64,000 nucleotides of DNA from an uncultured Phycisphaerales bacterium (GCA_963758525.1 CAVWVQ010000003.1:384001-448000); one strand, 5' to 3'; shown: positions 30,869 through 41,308, counted from the first letter of the stretch. Numbers and translations are program-made. Notes: generated by a model not told the origin, from the sequence alone.

Positions 30869-31597
30869 TTAATCCCGGTCGTCCGGCGGAATCACACGCA
30901 CTCGAATATTCCGAATCGCGGCGGTCGTCTGATACGAGGCGAGCCCGAACGGTCGGCTGGGCTCTACCTCCGATCTGACTGAGACTTTCTTTCCGGCGAT
31001 CTTCACCTCGACGATACTTTCGTCGTCCACCCACGCCTTGATCCAATCCGGCTCAATGCGCAGGCGAATGTGATACCAGACGCCTGTATCGAACTTTCGG
31101 TAGGTGGTCGTTTCATTGCGGGCGGCGTCGTCGTCGTCGAGGCTGGAGATGCCGCAGACCCCGCCGCCCCAGCCGCCGAGAATGAGCGAGGCAAACGAAT
31201 CATTCACAGGAACGGTAAGACCGCAAAAGAAATCGGACCCGCTGACACGCTTGGCATCGAGTTCGACTTCGTAGTTGGTGGTCGGCGTCTTGCCGTTGAA
31301 ATTGAGACCGGTGAGCGTCTCGCCTTGCGGCAAAATGATGCAGCCGTCCTCGACATGCGGATCGCCGTGGCCCGCAAAATCGGTGACCGTCCAGCCGTCG
31401 AGCGTCTTGCCGTTGAAAAGGTTCAGCGGAGCACTTGCGTCGGCAGCGGCAGGCATCGTCGCGGGCGCGGTCGTCGGATTCGTCGTGGACCGCGGACAGG
31501 GGGAATCGCAGCCAGCGAGAACCAGGGCGGTGGTAGATCCAGCGATGAACAGCAGTGTCCGGAGTGTGCTATTTTGTGGCAAAGCGGTCTTGGTCAT
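30869..31597 (-). CDS. DUF1080 (3-keto-disaccharide hydrolase-like) lipoprotein
   Basis: LAGC lipobox, LFNGKTLDGW, NYEVEL, GGWGG, RNIRVR. Confidence 0.88.
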   Translation of the reverse strand: MTKTALPQNSTLRTLLFIAGSTTALVLAGCDSPCPRSTTNPTTAPATMPAAADASAPLNLFNGKTLDGWTVTDFAGHGDPHVEDGCIILPQGETLTGLNFNGKTPTTNYEVELDAKRVSGSDFFCGLTVPVNDSFASLILGGWGGGVCGISSLDDDDAARNETTTYRKFDTGVWYHIRLRIEPDWIKAWVDDESIVEVKIAGKKVSVRSEVEPSRPFGLASYQTTAAIRNIRVRVIPPDDRD

Positions 31598-31637
31598 GGT
31601 TCTTATCCCGGTTGGCGCTGGACGCGCTATCTTCTGC

Positions 31638-31779
31638 TCCGCGAAGGGCAAGCCACGGCGGCACTGTTGGCAAGCTCGATATGGTTACGACTCCGCAGCT
31701 TCCGCGGCTTCCGCTCCTTCTCACGTTTCACGTCTTCACGTTTTCACTGGCTCTTGTCACGTTCCAATCACCAATCACC
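31638..31779 (+). repeat. Dispersed ~135-bp repeat family, copy A
   Basis: CCGCGAAGGGCAAGCCACGGCGG...CCGCTCCTTCTCACGTTTCACGTCTTCACG...GTCACGTTCCAATCACC; other copies at 33715, 49496 and 55022. Confidence 0.85.
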
Positions 31780-31782
31780 GGG

Positions 31783-33652
31783 CTACAAATGAATCGACTT
31801 TCCATCCGCGACGCCGGCGGCTTCCATTACGGCTTCGGACATCGTGGGGTGCGGATGCATCGCCTCGATGATTTCTTCCTCGGTGGCTTCGAGCTTTCGC
31901 GCCAGGACCAGTTCGGCGAGCAGCTCGGTCACGTTCTCGCCGATCATGTGAACGCCAAGAAGCTCCCCGTATTTCGCGTCAAAGAGGAGCTTGACGAATC
32001 CCTCGCTCTCGCCGGCGGCCAGGGCCCGGCCGCTGGCGGCGAAGGGGAATTTGCCGATTTTGATCTCGCGCTTTTCTTCGCGCAGCTTCTTTTCGCTGTA
32101 GCCCATGCTGGCCACCTGCGGATGGGTATAGGTGCACCCGGGAATCTGCCTGTAGTCGATCGGGGTGTGTGCATGGCCGCAGATGCGCTCGACACAATTG
32201 ACGGCCTCATGGTGCGCGACGTGGGCCAGATCGGGATGGCGGTAACCGCCCATGCCCATCTGCACCGGCCAATGCAGGCTGACGCAGTCGCCGACGGCCC
32301 AGACGTTTTCCAGGTTCGTGCGATATTCATGATCGACCTTCACGCGACCCTTGAAAATCTCCAGTTTTGCGTCGTGATGATGCAGACCATCGACGTTACC
32401 CATCACGCCAACTGCGATCAGAACCAGGTCCGCCTCGATCGTGCTCGCATTTTCGCCTGAAAGCGTCAGTTTTACGCCGGCGTCTGTTTTCTCCACTTTT
32501 TCCGTCTTGGTTTTTGTGAAGACCTTGATTCCGCGCTTCATGAAGCTGCGTTCCAGCAGGATGGAAACATCGTCATCTTCATTCGGCAGCAAATGCGGCA
32601 GCATTTCGATGACAGTGACTTCCGTTCCGATCGCGTGAAAGAAATCGGCGAACTCGCAGCCAATCGCCCCGGCGCCGATGATCGCGAGCCGCTTGGGTTG
32701 TTGCGTCAGATTCATCGCCTCGCGCGAGGTGATGATCTTCTTCCCGTCAAACTCCACGCCGGGCAACGGCATCGCCTTGGCGCCGGTGGCGATGATGATG
32801 TGCTCGGCGGTGACTTCCTTGGCTCCGTCCTTGTCAGTCACCAGCACGCGATGCGGCCCGAGAAGCTGGCCCGTGCCAATGACATGCTTGACGCCATACT
32901 TGCTGAACAGGCTGCCGATCCCCCGCTGCAGCTTCAAGGCAATGCCGCGGCTCCGCCCGACGATCTTCGAAAAATCAACCTGGAGATTCTCAAACGAGAC
33001 GCCCCGGCTGGCGGCTTCGGTTTTCATCTTGCGGACGAATGCGCCGTCTTCGAGCAGCGCCTTGGTGGGGATGCAGCCCCAGTTGAGGCACGTGCCGCCG
33101 AGATTTTCCTTTTCGACGCAGAATACTTTCTTCTTGAGTTGCGCCGCGGATAGCGGCAGCGTAGCCGGCGGGGCCGCCGCCGATGACGAGGATGTCGTAG
33201 GTGTAGCTCCCGGTTTTCGTCGCGGGTGTTGAGGTCGCCGCCTGCGAAGCCGCAACCGGCGCATTCGCCGGTCTGCCAGCTTTAGCGGGCAGCACGGGTG
33301 GCGCTGCCTTGGGCGCTGTCGGCGCGGGAGCCGGCGCAGGCGCGTTCGCTGGAGCGGGCGCCGCTTTCGCACCTCCCCCCGCATACTTCTTCTTCACCTC
33401 TTCCGGCTTTTCGCTCCCCGTCGCGATAACACCCAATACGCCCCCCACCGCCACTTTTTCCCCCTCCTGCACTTTGATCACCGCCAAAGTCCCCGAATCG
33501 AACGCCTCCATCGGCATCGTGGCTTTATCGGTCTCCACGTCGGCGATCTCTTCGCCGGCTTTAATCCTGTCCCCTTCTTTTTTGTGCCATTTGACGACCG
33601 TTCCTTCGGTCATGGTATCGCTCAACTGCGGCATCGTGATCTCAGCAGGCAT
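31783..33652 (-). CDS. lpdA: Dihydrolipoamide dehydrogenase with N-terminal lipoyl domain (frameshift near 33150)
   Basis: VETDKA lipoyl site, Pro/Ala linker, GGGPAG, GGTCLNWGCIP, HPHPTMSE. Confidence 0.95.
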
Positions 33653-33714
33653 CGTGTCTCCGTTTGAATGTCAGGGCAGTATAGGGAGAAACGAACGGGA
33701 ATGAAGACAAGGCG

Positions 33715-33857
33715 GGTGATTGGAACGTGGAACGTGACAAGAGAGTGAAGACGTGAAACGTGAGAAGGAGCGGAAGCCGCACGCGTGCAAGGTGATTGGA
33801 ACGTGGAACGTGACAGGGAAGGTCTGTCTCGCGCATCGCGTGGCTTGCCCTTCGCGG
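33715..33857 (-). repeat. Dispersed repeat family, rearranged copy
   Basis: GGTGATTGGAACGTGGAACGTGACA twice, plus GTGAAGACGTGAAACGTGAGAAGGAGCGG and TGGCTTGCCCTTCGCGG. Confidence 0.8.
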
Positions 33858-33872
33858 GCGCGAGGCGTTCGG

Positions 33873-34661
33873 TCATTGCGTTTCGCGTTCCGCGGTTGCC
33901 AGAGTCCCAAAATAGATCTGCGTGTCGTACTCGAGACGAACGCGGCCGTCGACGGCATGGGCATCGAATATCTCACGCAAACCCGCAAGGATGGCGGCGT
34001 GGTTTGGTTGACCCTCCGCTGGCACATAGGACGACGAGAGCAGGCGGCCGCGCAGGCCGGGGAAATCGAACTCCTGGAAGTTGTAAAGCGTCCGGCGTTC
34101 GTAGTGCCCATTGAAAAATTCAGCGACGATGGATTCTTCCTTCACTTCGCAGCGGGTCGTCAAATAATCGGTTCCGAGCTGCGTCAGCAGTCGGTCATAC
34201 GCCCGAAGAAACGGCGTTGCATCGAGCCGGCGGACGTTCCACATCAGGACGATCTTTCCGCCGGGACGAAGGATGCGCCGGAACTCGCTGCGAGCGGCGG
34301 CGCGGTCGAACCAGTGAAAGGCCTGACCCGCCAGGACAAAATCCGCGGAGGCATCGGCCAGAGTTGTCGCCTCCGCGGCGGCATCGACACTCGTGAAGTT
34401 GGGGTACGAGGCGAGCAACTGCTCTCCAGCGAGGCGCATCTCCCGATTCGGCTCGATGCCGAAGACAGTGTTGCCATTGCGCAGAAACAGCTCGGCAGAG
34501 AAGCCGGTGCCGGAACCGATGTCGGCGATGATCGATTGCGGGCGCAGTCCCGCCTCACCAGCGAGGATGTCGATCACGCCAGCCGGGTAGCGCGGGCGGT
34601 ATCGCACGTAGTCATCAACGCGGTTGGAGAATCGTTGCTTGGAATTCAGATGCTCTGTCAT
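33873..34661 (-). CDS. Class I SAM-dependent methyltransferase
   Basis: RFS.RV..Y..YRP.YP, DIGSGTG, QAFHWF. Confidence 0.92.
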   Translation of the reverse strand: MTEHLNSKQRFSNRVDDYVRYRPRYPAGVIDILAGEAGLRPQSIIADIGSGTGFSAELFLRNGNTVFGIEPNREMRLAGEQLLASYPNFTSVDAAAEATTLADASADFVLAGQAFHWFDRAAARSEFRRILRPGGKIVLMWNVRRLDATPFLRAYDRLLTQLGTDYLTTRCEVKEESIVAEFFNGHYERRTLYNFQEFDFPGLRGRLLSSSYVPAEGQPNHAAILAGLREIFDAHAVDGRVRLEYDTQIYFGTLATAERETQ

Positions 34662-34680
34662 CAACTGGAATGTACTTGTT

Positions 34681-34878
34681 TCAACAGGTGGCGCGGGATT
34701 CATCGGACCGCGGAGAAAGGTCCGCACGGCGGGCCACATGCATTGCTCGGATTTCGCGAGGGTCATCGCGGCCCGCCGAGCGGACCCTACGGGCTTGAAA
34801 GCTTCGAACCCATATCACGCACGTTGCAATGCCCAAAATCAACGAACACGCGGACAGGATGGTAAAAATCCACCGCAT
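34681..34878 (-). CDS. Short ORF with a single TM/signal segment (possible gene fragment)
   Basis: MRWIFTILSACSLILGIATCVIWVRS hydrophobic N-terminus, followed by a low-information tail. Confidence 0.4.
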   Translation of the reverse strand: MRWIFTILSACSLILGIATCVIWVRSFQARRVRSAGRDDPREIRAMHVARRADLSPRSDESRATC

Positions 34879-35336
34879 CGGGCGTAATCATACCGGATGG
34901 CTGAATCGAATGGTTCGACTAATCCAGCCCGGATAGCTCCCGAAGGTGATTTGCGAACTCGGCTTGCATCGCCGGGGTTGTGGCGGTCGCGTTTGCACGG
35001 CCGGATCGCTGGCGCATTCAAGATTTGTCTTTCCTTCGCTTCTGTCTTCGCGCCTTCGCTGCTTCGCGGCTCTTCTCTTCAAAACTTGACACAAACCGCT
35101 GTTCCCCTAAACTGAATCTTGCTTTTCCGAAATTTTCGGGCTTTGTCGAGAGGTCCGGCGCGTGGCCGGATGGGTAGACATGCCGGGCCGGATCGCGGTT
35201 TGAATCGGCTCGTGCCTATCGGGAGTACCCGCGAACGGTCACACTTCCAGCAAAGCATTGCGCGGCAGGGACTCCAGTCGCTTGATCGCCCTGCCGCCAC
35301 GCTGAAGTCCCCTTCGCAATGATCTCTGCTAATCCT

Positions 35337-35407
35337 TACCCGGTAGTGTAACGGTAGCACAAGAGATTTTGGCTCTCTTTGTCCTGGTTCGAATCCAGGC
35401 CGGGTAG
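35337..35407 (+). tRNA. tRNA-Gln (TTG), CCA not encoded
   Basis: Acceptor stem TACCCGG/CCGGGTA, anticodon stem AGAGA-TTTTGGC-TCTCT, T-arm GGTTCGAATCC. Confidence 0.96.
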
Positions 35408-35515
35408 TGCTTTCCGCGCAAATTGTGGTGCGGGCTTCCAGCCTGCTCTGCTCTGAAACGGCAGGCTGCAAGCCTGACCCGCAATGGAACTGAACTGACG
35501 CTTTCAACTTCGCCC

Positions 35516-36502
35516 ATGTCACTCACCGCCATCATTCTCGCCGCCGGCAAAAGCACGCGGATGAAGTCGAAACGGCCCAAGGTGCTGCACGAGGTGTGCG
35601 GCAAGCCGATGCTCGAGTTCGTCCTCGAAGCCTGTTACAGCGCCGGATGCGAGCGGGTATTGGTGGTCATCGGACATGCGAGGGAAGAGGTGATGGCGAC
35701 GTTTTCGCACGATCGCCGCATCACCTGGGTGGAGCAGACCGAGCAGCACGGGACCGGACACGCCGCGCGCATGTGCGAGAAACATCTCAAGGATCACCAT
35801 GGCGACGTGTTTATTCTCGCCGGAGACGGGCCGTTGATTCGCGGGGAAGTGCTTCGCACGCTGCTGCGGGCGCATCGCGACGAGCGGGCCGCCGCGAGCA
35901 TGGCCACGGCGATTCTCGACGATCCGACGGGCTATGGGCGGATCATCCGCGACTCGGCGGGGCAATTCGTCGAGATCATCGAGCAGATCGACGCGACGCC
36001 CGAGCAACGCGAGATTCGCGAGGTCTTTCCCAGCTACTACTGCGTCAAGGCGTCAGAACTCCTCTTTGCCCTCTCGCAATTGAAAAACAACAACAAGAAG
36101 GGCGAGTATTATCTGACCGACATTTACGCCATCCTGCGGATGGCGGGTCATAAAGTGGTTGCCGTGCAGGCGGTCACCGCGGAAGACACGCTGGCGGTCA
36201 ACACGCGCGAGCAGCAGGCGCAGGTCGACGCGGTGATGCAGGACCGTATTCAACGGCATCTGCGCGATTCGGGCGTGAGCGTCGTCAGCGGCATCAGTAC
36301 CTATATCGAGGCGGGCGTGAAGATCGGGCCGGACAGCGTGATTCATCCGTTCACGTTCATCGGGCGCGACGCCCAGATCGGATCCGATTGCGTGATCGGA
36401 CCATTTGCATCGGTGCAGAGGAAGGGAATTGTTCCGGAGGGAAGCGTGCTGGCGGGGAATATCTCCGCCGGGACCACGACACTGGACCTTTCCAGAGGCT
36501 GA
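35516..36502 (+). CDS. glmU: GlmU-like uridylyltransferase with short hexapeptide-repeat tail
   Basis: ILAAGKSTRMKS..PKVLH, QHGTGHA, PTGYGRI, EYYLTD; 328 aa. Confidence 0.88.
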   Translation: MSLTAIILAAGKSTRMKSKRPKVLHEVCGKPMLEFVLEACYSAGCERVLVVIGHAREEVMATFSHDRRITWVEQTEQHGTGHAARMCEKHLKDHHGDVFILAGDGPLIRGEVLRTLLRAHRDERAAASMATAILDDPTGYGRIIRDSAGQFVEIIEQIDATPEQREIREVFPSYYCVKASELLFALSQLKNNNKKGEYYLTDIYAILRMAGHKVVAVQAVTAEDTLAVNTREQQAQVDAVMQDRIQRHLRDSGVSVVSGISTYIEAGVKIGPDSVIHPFTFIGRDAQIGSDCVIGPFASVQRKGIVPEGSVLAGNISAGTTTLDLSRG

Positions 36503-36504
36503 GC

Positions 36505-37493
36505 ATGGACAAAATAGACCCACAACGCCTCAAGCTCTTCACCGGCCGCGCCAATCCGCAGCTTGCGCAGAAAATCTGCGATTCGCTGAAGATCCCCCTC
36601 GGCCGGGGGCGCACAGACCTGTTTCCGGACGGCGAGCTGATCGTCAAGGTGGAGGAGGACGTGCGCGGCCGCGATTGCTACGTCGTGCAGCCGACATGTC
36701 AGCCGGTCAATGCGCATCTGATGGAGCTGATGATCTGGATTGACTGCCTGAAGCGCGCAGCGCCAAGGCGGTGACAGCGGTGATCCCCTACTTCGGCTAC
36801 GCCCGCCAGGATCGCAAAGACGAGGGTCGCACGCCGATCACTGCCAAGCTGGTCGCGAATCTGCTGGAGCGCGCCGGGGCCGATCGCGTGGTCTCGGTCG
36901 ATCTGCACGCGGCGCAGGTGCAGGGCTTCTTCGACATCCCCGTCGATCACCTTCATGCCGATCCGGTCATCATCAAGTGGATCAAGTCGCTGAAAATGGC
37001 CAATCGCGTTTTTGCCTCACCGGACGTGGGCAACGTGAAGCGGGCGCAGGTTTACGCCAACCGACTGGGCGGCGACATCTGCATCATCGACAAGCGGCGC
37101 AAGAGCGGCTCGGAAACCAGGGCGGCCCACATCATCGGCGACGTGAAGGACAAGAACATTCTGATGGTCGACGACATGATCACCACGGCCGGCACGGTGA
37201 CCGAAGCCTGCCGGATTCTCCGCGATCATGGAGCGAAGGACATTTACATCGTCGCGTCGCATGCGGTTTTCGCGCCGCCAGCCATGGAACGCCTGGCTAA
37301 GTGCGATTTCACCAAGCTCGCCGTGACCGACACGATTCCCATCGGCAACCGGGCCGACGCGATCAAGGACAAACTCGTGGTGCTGAGCGTCGCCGATCTT
37401 CTCGGCGAAGCCATCACGCGAATTCATCACAATCAGTCAGTCAGTGCCCTGTTCAACGACAGCGGCAAGGAGAAGGAAGAGGAACAGAAATAG
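36505..37493 (+). CDS. prs: Ribose-phosphate pyrophosphokinase (frameshift near 36760)
   Basis: FPDGE, PYFGYARQDRK, DLHAAQVQGFF, VDDMITTAGT. Confidence 0.97.
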
Positions 37494-37571
37494 ACCCGCG
37501 CTCATTCATTGAGACGAAACCCGCGGCGTGTTCGCTGTAGCGAGCGGCCGCAATTTGGATCGAGGTACATC

Positions 37572-38240
37572 ATGGCAGTTCAATCAGCACAAGTGGCAGC
37601 AAAGGCCCGCACGGAACTCGGCTCGCGAGCGAACAAGCGTCTGCGCGACGCGGGATTCGTGCCCGGCGTTATCTACGGGCACAAGGAGGCGGTGATTCCC
37701 GTCACGCTTCCAAAAAAGGAGCTGACGGGCCACCTGGGCCGCGGCGCGCATCTTTTCGACCTGGCGCTGGACGACGGCAAAAGCCAGAAGGTGCTGGTCA
37801 AGGAAGTGCAGTTCGATCATCTTGGGATGGAAGTCATTCACGTTGACTTCGCCCGCGTGAGCCTTGACGAAAAAGTGGAACTCACGATTCCCCTGGAGCT
37901 CAAGGGCACGCCCAAAGGTGAAGAGGAAGGCGGCGTGCTGCAGCAAGTGGTGATGGAACTCGAAATCGAGTGCCTCGTAACTGACATTCCCGAAGCGATC
38001 CGGCACAACGTTTCCGACATGGGCATGGATTCGGTTCTGCACATCAAGGATTTGAAGCTGCCGGCGGGCGTCAAGGTGCTGCAGGACGAAGACCTGATCG
38101 TGGCAAGCGTTCGCGAGATCGCCGAGGAAGAGGCCACGGAAGCCACCGAAGGCGAATCCGCCGAGCCGGAACTGATCGGCCGCAAGCCGACTGACGAGGA
38201 AGCGGCGGCCGCGGGAGAGGAAGGCGCCGAGAAGAAGTAA
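37572..38240 (+). CDS. rplY: 50S ribosomal protein L25/Ctc
   Basis: RLR..G.VPGVIYG, HVDF, long Ctc form with acidic tail. Confidence 0.96.
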   Translation: MAVQSAQVAAKARTELGSRANKRLRDAGFVPGVIYGHKEAVIPVTLPKKELTGHLGRGAHLFDLALDDGKSQKVLVKEVQFDHLGMEVIHVDFARVSLDEKVELTIPLELKGTPKGEEEGGVLQQVVMELEIECLVTDIPEAIRHNVSDMGMDSVLHIKDLKLPAGVKVLQDEDLIVASVREIAEEEATEATEGESAEPELIGRKPTDEEAAAAGEEGAEKK

Positions 38241-38254
38241 GGCCGTTGGCGCGG

Positions 38255-38450
38255 AAACTCGAATGACGAAATCAGAAACCAGAATTCAGCAATCAAACCG
38301 AAACCAGAATGACGAATGACGAAGCGAAATACGGCCGTTTGAGCGCACTGTGGCCGTTACGGATGTCCGCATCGTCTTCATCTCTGCATTTGGGCATTCG
38401 TCATTCGGGCTTGATTCGGAATTCGGGTTTCGGAATTCGGAATTTCGTGA
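38255..38450. repeat. Inverted arrays of heptamer repeats (CGAATGA/CGAAACC type)
   Basis: AG-rich heptamer tract followed by its reverse complement; similar arrangements at 39632-39716, 9783-9892 and 27660-27720. Confidence 0.7.
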
Positions 38451-38454
38451 CCAC

Positions 38455-39078
38455 ATGAAGCTGGTCGTTGGATTGGGAAACCCGGGCCGCGAATATGCCG
38501 GGACTCGTCACAACATCGGCTTCGAGGTGATCGACCGGCTCGCGGAGCGATTCGGATGGACCGGCCCCGGCGAGTTTGATCGCGTGGCCCGCGGCAAGTT
38601 TGAGAGCCTGGCTTGCGACGGCATGGTGAATCTGCCGGGCGGTTCGCAAAGAGCATTGCTGCTCAAGCCCATGACGTTTATGAACGTCAGTGGCCAGGCG
38701 GTGCAGGCTGCGGCCGCGTTTTACCAGCTCGCGACGGCTGACATCATGATCGTGCTGGATGATCTGGCCCTGGCGTGCGGACGAATCCGCCTGCGGGCCG
38801 ACGGAAGCAGTGGAGGCCATAACGGCCTCAAGGACATCGAGCGGGCGCTGGGCACGAGCGGCTATCCGCGATTGCGGGTCGGGATCGACCCGCCGCCCCA
38901 GCGTGTGCCGGGACGCGATTATGTCCTGAGCCGATTTTCCGATCAGCAGCGACCGCTGATCGATCGAGCCGTCGAACGCGCGGCCGCGGCAGTGGAAGCC
39001 TGGATGGATCAGGGAATCGCGCCGGCGATGAACCAGTTCAACGCCGACGCAAAGTCAGACGAGAAAACGAAAGATTGA
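38455..39078 (+). CDS. pth: Peptidyl-tRNA hydrolase
   Basis: VGLGNPG, TRHNIG, KPMTFMN, GGHNGL. Confidence 0.97.
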   Translation: MKLVVGLGNPGREYAGTRHNIGFEVIDRLAERFGWTGPGEFDRVARGKFESLACDGMVNLPGGSQRALLLKPMTFMNVSGQAVQAAAAFYQLATADIMIVLDDLALACGRIRLRADGSSGGHNGLKDIERALGTSGYPRLRVGIDPPPQRVPGRDYVLSRFSDQQRPLIDRAVERAAAAVEAWMDQGIAPAMNQFNADAKSDEKTKD

Positions 39079-39096
39079 CCTTTTGGAGATCGACCG

Positions 39097-39624
39097 ATGG
39101 CAGACGTGAAGAACACTTATGAAGCGATGTTTCTCTATGGACCCTCGGCGCTGGCCGACCTCGATGGCGCAATCAAAGCCGTCACCGCGATGGTTGAGAA
39201 GCACGGGGGCGAAGTGCTGGTGATCAAGAAGTGGGACGAGCGGAAGCTCGCCTACGAGATCAAGAAGCAGAAGCGCGGGACCTACATCATCTGTTACTAC
39301 AAGGGCCCGGGTCCTTCGGTCACCGCGATCGAACGCGACGTCAACCTCAGTGACGACGTCCTGCGCGTGCTCATCACGCGCGCCGATCATCTCAACAAGG
39401 AAGAGATGGCGGCTGTCGAGCCGCAGCCGATTCAACCGCGCGAAGAGCGTAATCCCTGGGACCGCCCTGGGTTTAACGACGGAGAGAGGCCGCGGCGCGA
39501 CGACCGCCCGCGCGATGACCGGCCCCGTGATGACCGGCCTCGGGACGATCGCCCGCGCGATGATCGCGCTCCGCGCACGCCGCGCCGCGAGGACGCCCCT
39601 GCCGCTGCGCCCGCCGCCGAGTAG
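39097..39624 (+). CDS. rpsF: 30S ribosomal protein S6 with C-terminal DDRPR repeats
   Basis: YEAMF, W..RKLAYEIK, VLRVLI. Confidence 0.95.
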   Translation: MADVKNTYEAMFLYGPSALADLDGAIKAVTAMVEKHGGEVLVIKKWDERKLAYEIKKQKRGTYIICYYKGPGPSVTAIERDVNLSDDVLRVLITRADHLNKEEMAAVEPQPIQPREERNPWDRPGFNDGERPRRDDRPRDDRPRDDRPRDDRPRDDRAPRTPRREDAPAAAPAAE

Positions 39625-39786
39625 TGGGTCGCGGAAATCCGAATGACGAAACCAGAATCCCGAATCAAAGAATCAAATTTGATTCGTCATTCGGGTTTCG
39701 GAATTCGGGTTTCGGGCTCTGCCCAGTGTATACTTGCGAGAATTCTCTAGGCATCGAACCACCGCTTTCCCAAGGGAGCCTTGACA

Positions 39787-40371
39787 ATGGCTAGCTTCAA
39801 CAAAGTGCTGTTAATGGGCAATCTGACCCGCGACCCGCAGTTGAAGTATCTGCCGAGCCAGACGGCGGTGGCGGAGTTCGGCGTCGCGTGCAATCGCAAA
39901 TTCAAAAGCGCGACGGGCGAAGACCGTGAGGAAGTCACGTTTGTCGACTGCGCGGCCTTTGGAAAGACCGGCGAGGTGATCAATCAATACTTCACCAAGG
40001 GGAAGCCGATCTTCATCGAAGGCCGGCTGAAATATGATCAGTGGGAAGACAAGCAAGGCGGCGGGAAGCGCAGCAAGATGAGCGTCGTCGTCGAAAATTT
40101 TCAATTCGTCGGCGGCCGCGATGGCGGAGGCGGTGGCGGCGGTGGCGGTGGCGCGTACGAAGGCGGTCAGGAAGGTGGCGAATCGCGCTCCCCTTCGCGA
40201 TACCCGCCGCGCTCGCAGGGTGGAACTTCGGGTTCCCAGCCCGGGGCAGGTGCACCGCAGGGAGCCCGTCCTCCCGCGGCAGGCGGCGGTGATGCCGCGC
40301 AGCCGTCCCCGGCCCCGCAACCGCCGTACGGCGAGGAAAGTCAGCTCAACGAGGAAGATATTCCGTTTTAG
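39787..40371 (+). CDS. ssb: Single-stranded DNA-binding protein
   Basis: NKVLLMGNLTRDP, IEGRL, C-terminal EDIPF. Confidence 0.97.
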   Translation: MASFNKVLLMGNLTRDPQLKYLPSQTAVAEFGVACNRKFKSATGEDREEVTFVDCAAFGKTGEVINQYFTKGKPIFIEGRLKYDQWEDKQGGGKRSKMSVVVENFQFVGGRDGGGGGGGGGGAYEGGQEGGESRSPSRYPPRSQGGTSGSQPGAGAPQGARPPAAGGGDAAQPSPAPQPPYGEESQLNEEDIPF

Positions 40372-40491
40372 CTCAAGACCAACGCGCGCGACTCCGCGCC
40401 CGTTCAAGTGAGCCGCTGCCCTGAGGCGGCGGCTAAATGTGTGTTGGAAGCGCATCATCGCGCAAAGTCGATAGCGAATTTCGAGGCAACC

Positions 40492-41016
40492 ATGGCAAAC
40501 GTCAAATTGTTACTGAAGGAAAGCATCAAGCACGTCGGCAAAGTCGGCGACATCGTGGAGGTGTCGAACGGCTACGCCCGCAATTACCTGCTGCCGCAGG
40601 ACCTGGCCCTGCATCCCACGCCGGGCAACATCAAGAAGGTCGAGGAGCGGCGCAAGGAAATCGAGCGCGTGGAGCGCGAGCGCCGCGACCAGCAGGCGGC
40701 GCTGATCAAGCAACTTGAAACCGTCGAAGTCACTCTCGAGCGTCGAGCCAACGAACAGGGGCACCTGTTCGGCTCGGTGACGGCGACTGACATCGCCAAG
40801 GCTCTGCAGGCGCAGGGCTTCAACGTGATCCCGACCGATATCAATCTGCCCGGCCGGCTCGATCAAATCGAGAAGTACAGCGTGCAGATCAAGTTCGCCG
40901 AAGATCTCGCGACGGACATCAAGGTCTGGGTGGCGCCCGATGCCGACAGCAAGGCCGCCATCGACGCCGCGCACAAGGCCAGTGCCGCAGCCGAGCCCGC
41001 CGCGGAACCGGCGTAA
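40492..41016 (+). CDS. rplI: 50S ribosomal protein L9
   Basis: GKVGDIVEVSNGYARNYLLP, LFGSVT. Confidence 0.97.
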   Translation: MANVKLLLKESIKHVGKVGDIVEVSNGYARNYLLPQDLALHPTPGNIKKVEERRKEIERVERERRDQQAALIKQLETVEVTLERRANEQGHLFGSVTATDIAKALQAQGFNVIPTDINLPGRLDQIEKYSVQIKFAEDLATDIKVWVAPDADSKAAIDAAHKASAAAEPAAEPA

Positions 41017-41072
41017 ATTCGATAGCGATTCGCTCGTCCACCGCCACGTTGTGGACGAGCAGTACATAACAT

Positions 41073-41111
41073 GACCGGCGCGACGGCAACTCGTCGCGCC
41101 GGTCTTTTTTT
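41073..41111 (+). terminator. Intrinsic terminator after rplI
   Basis: GACCGGCGCGACG...CGTCGCGCCGGTC followed by T7. Confidence 0.85.
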
Positions 41112-41201
41112 CGCTTAACATTCACGGATGAAGAGCCGCTATCGAGTTGGCATGTAGGGCGGGATTCATCCCGCCGATGTCGCGGAGAGCAACCCCGTGG
41201 C

Positions 41202-41308
41202 GTGGCATGGCGTCCCGCCCATCCTGGAGGCGCTGAGCTTCAGAAGGACCCTGATATCAGAGGATCCTTTCTCCCCCGTCGCCAACACGGGCGGGACGCC
41301 CGTGCCAC
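41202..41308. repeat. GTGG-type REP doublet
   Basis: GTGGCATGGCGTCCCGCCCAT ... ACGGGCGGGACGCCCGTGCCAC; a related pair lies at 47834-47954. Confidence 0.75.

Noticed and set aside
35337..35407. tRNA-Gln as an integration site
   Set aside because: No integrase, no duplicated tRNA 3' end seen, and it is followed directly by glmU-prs
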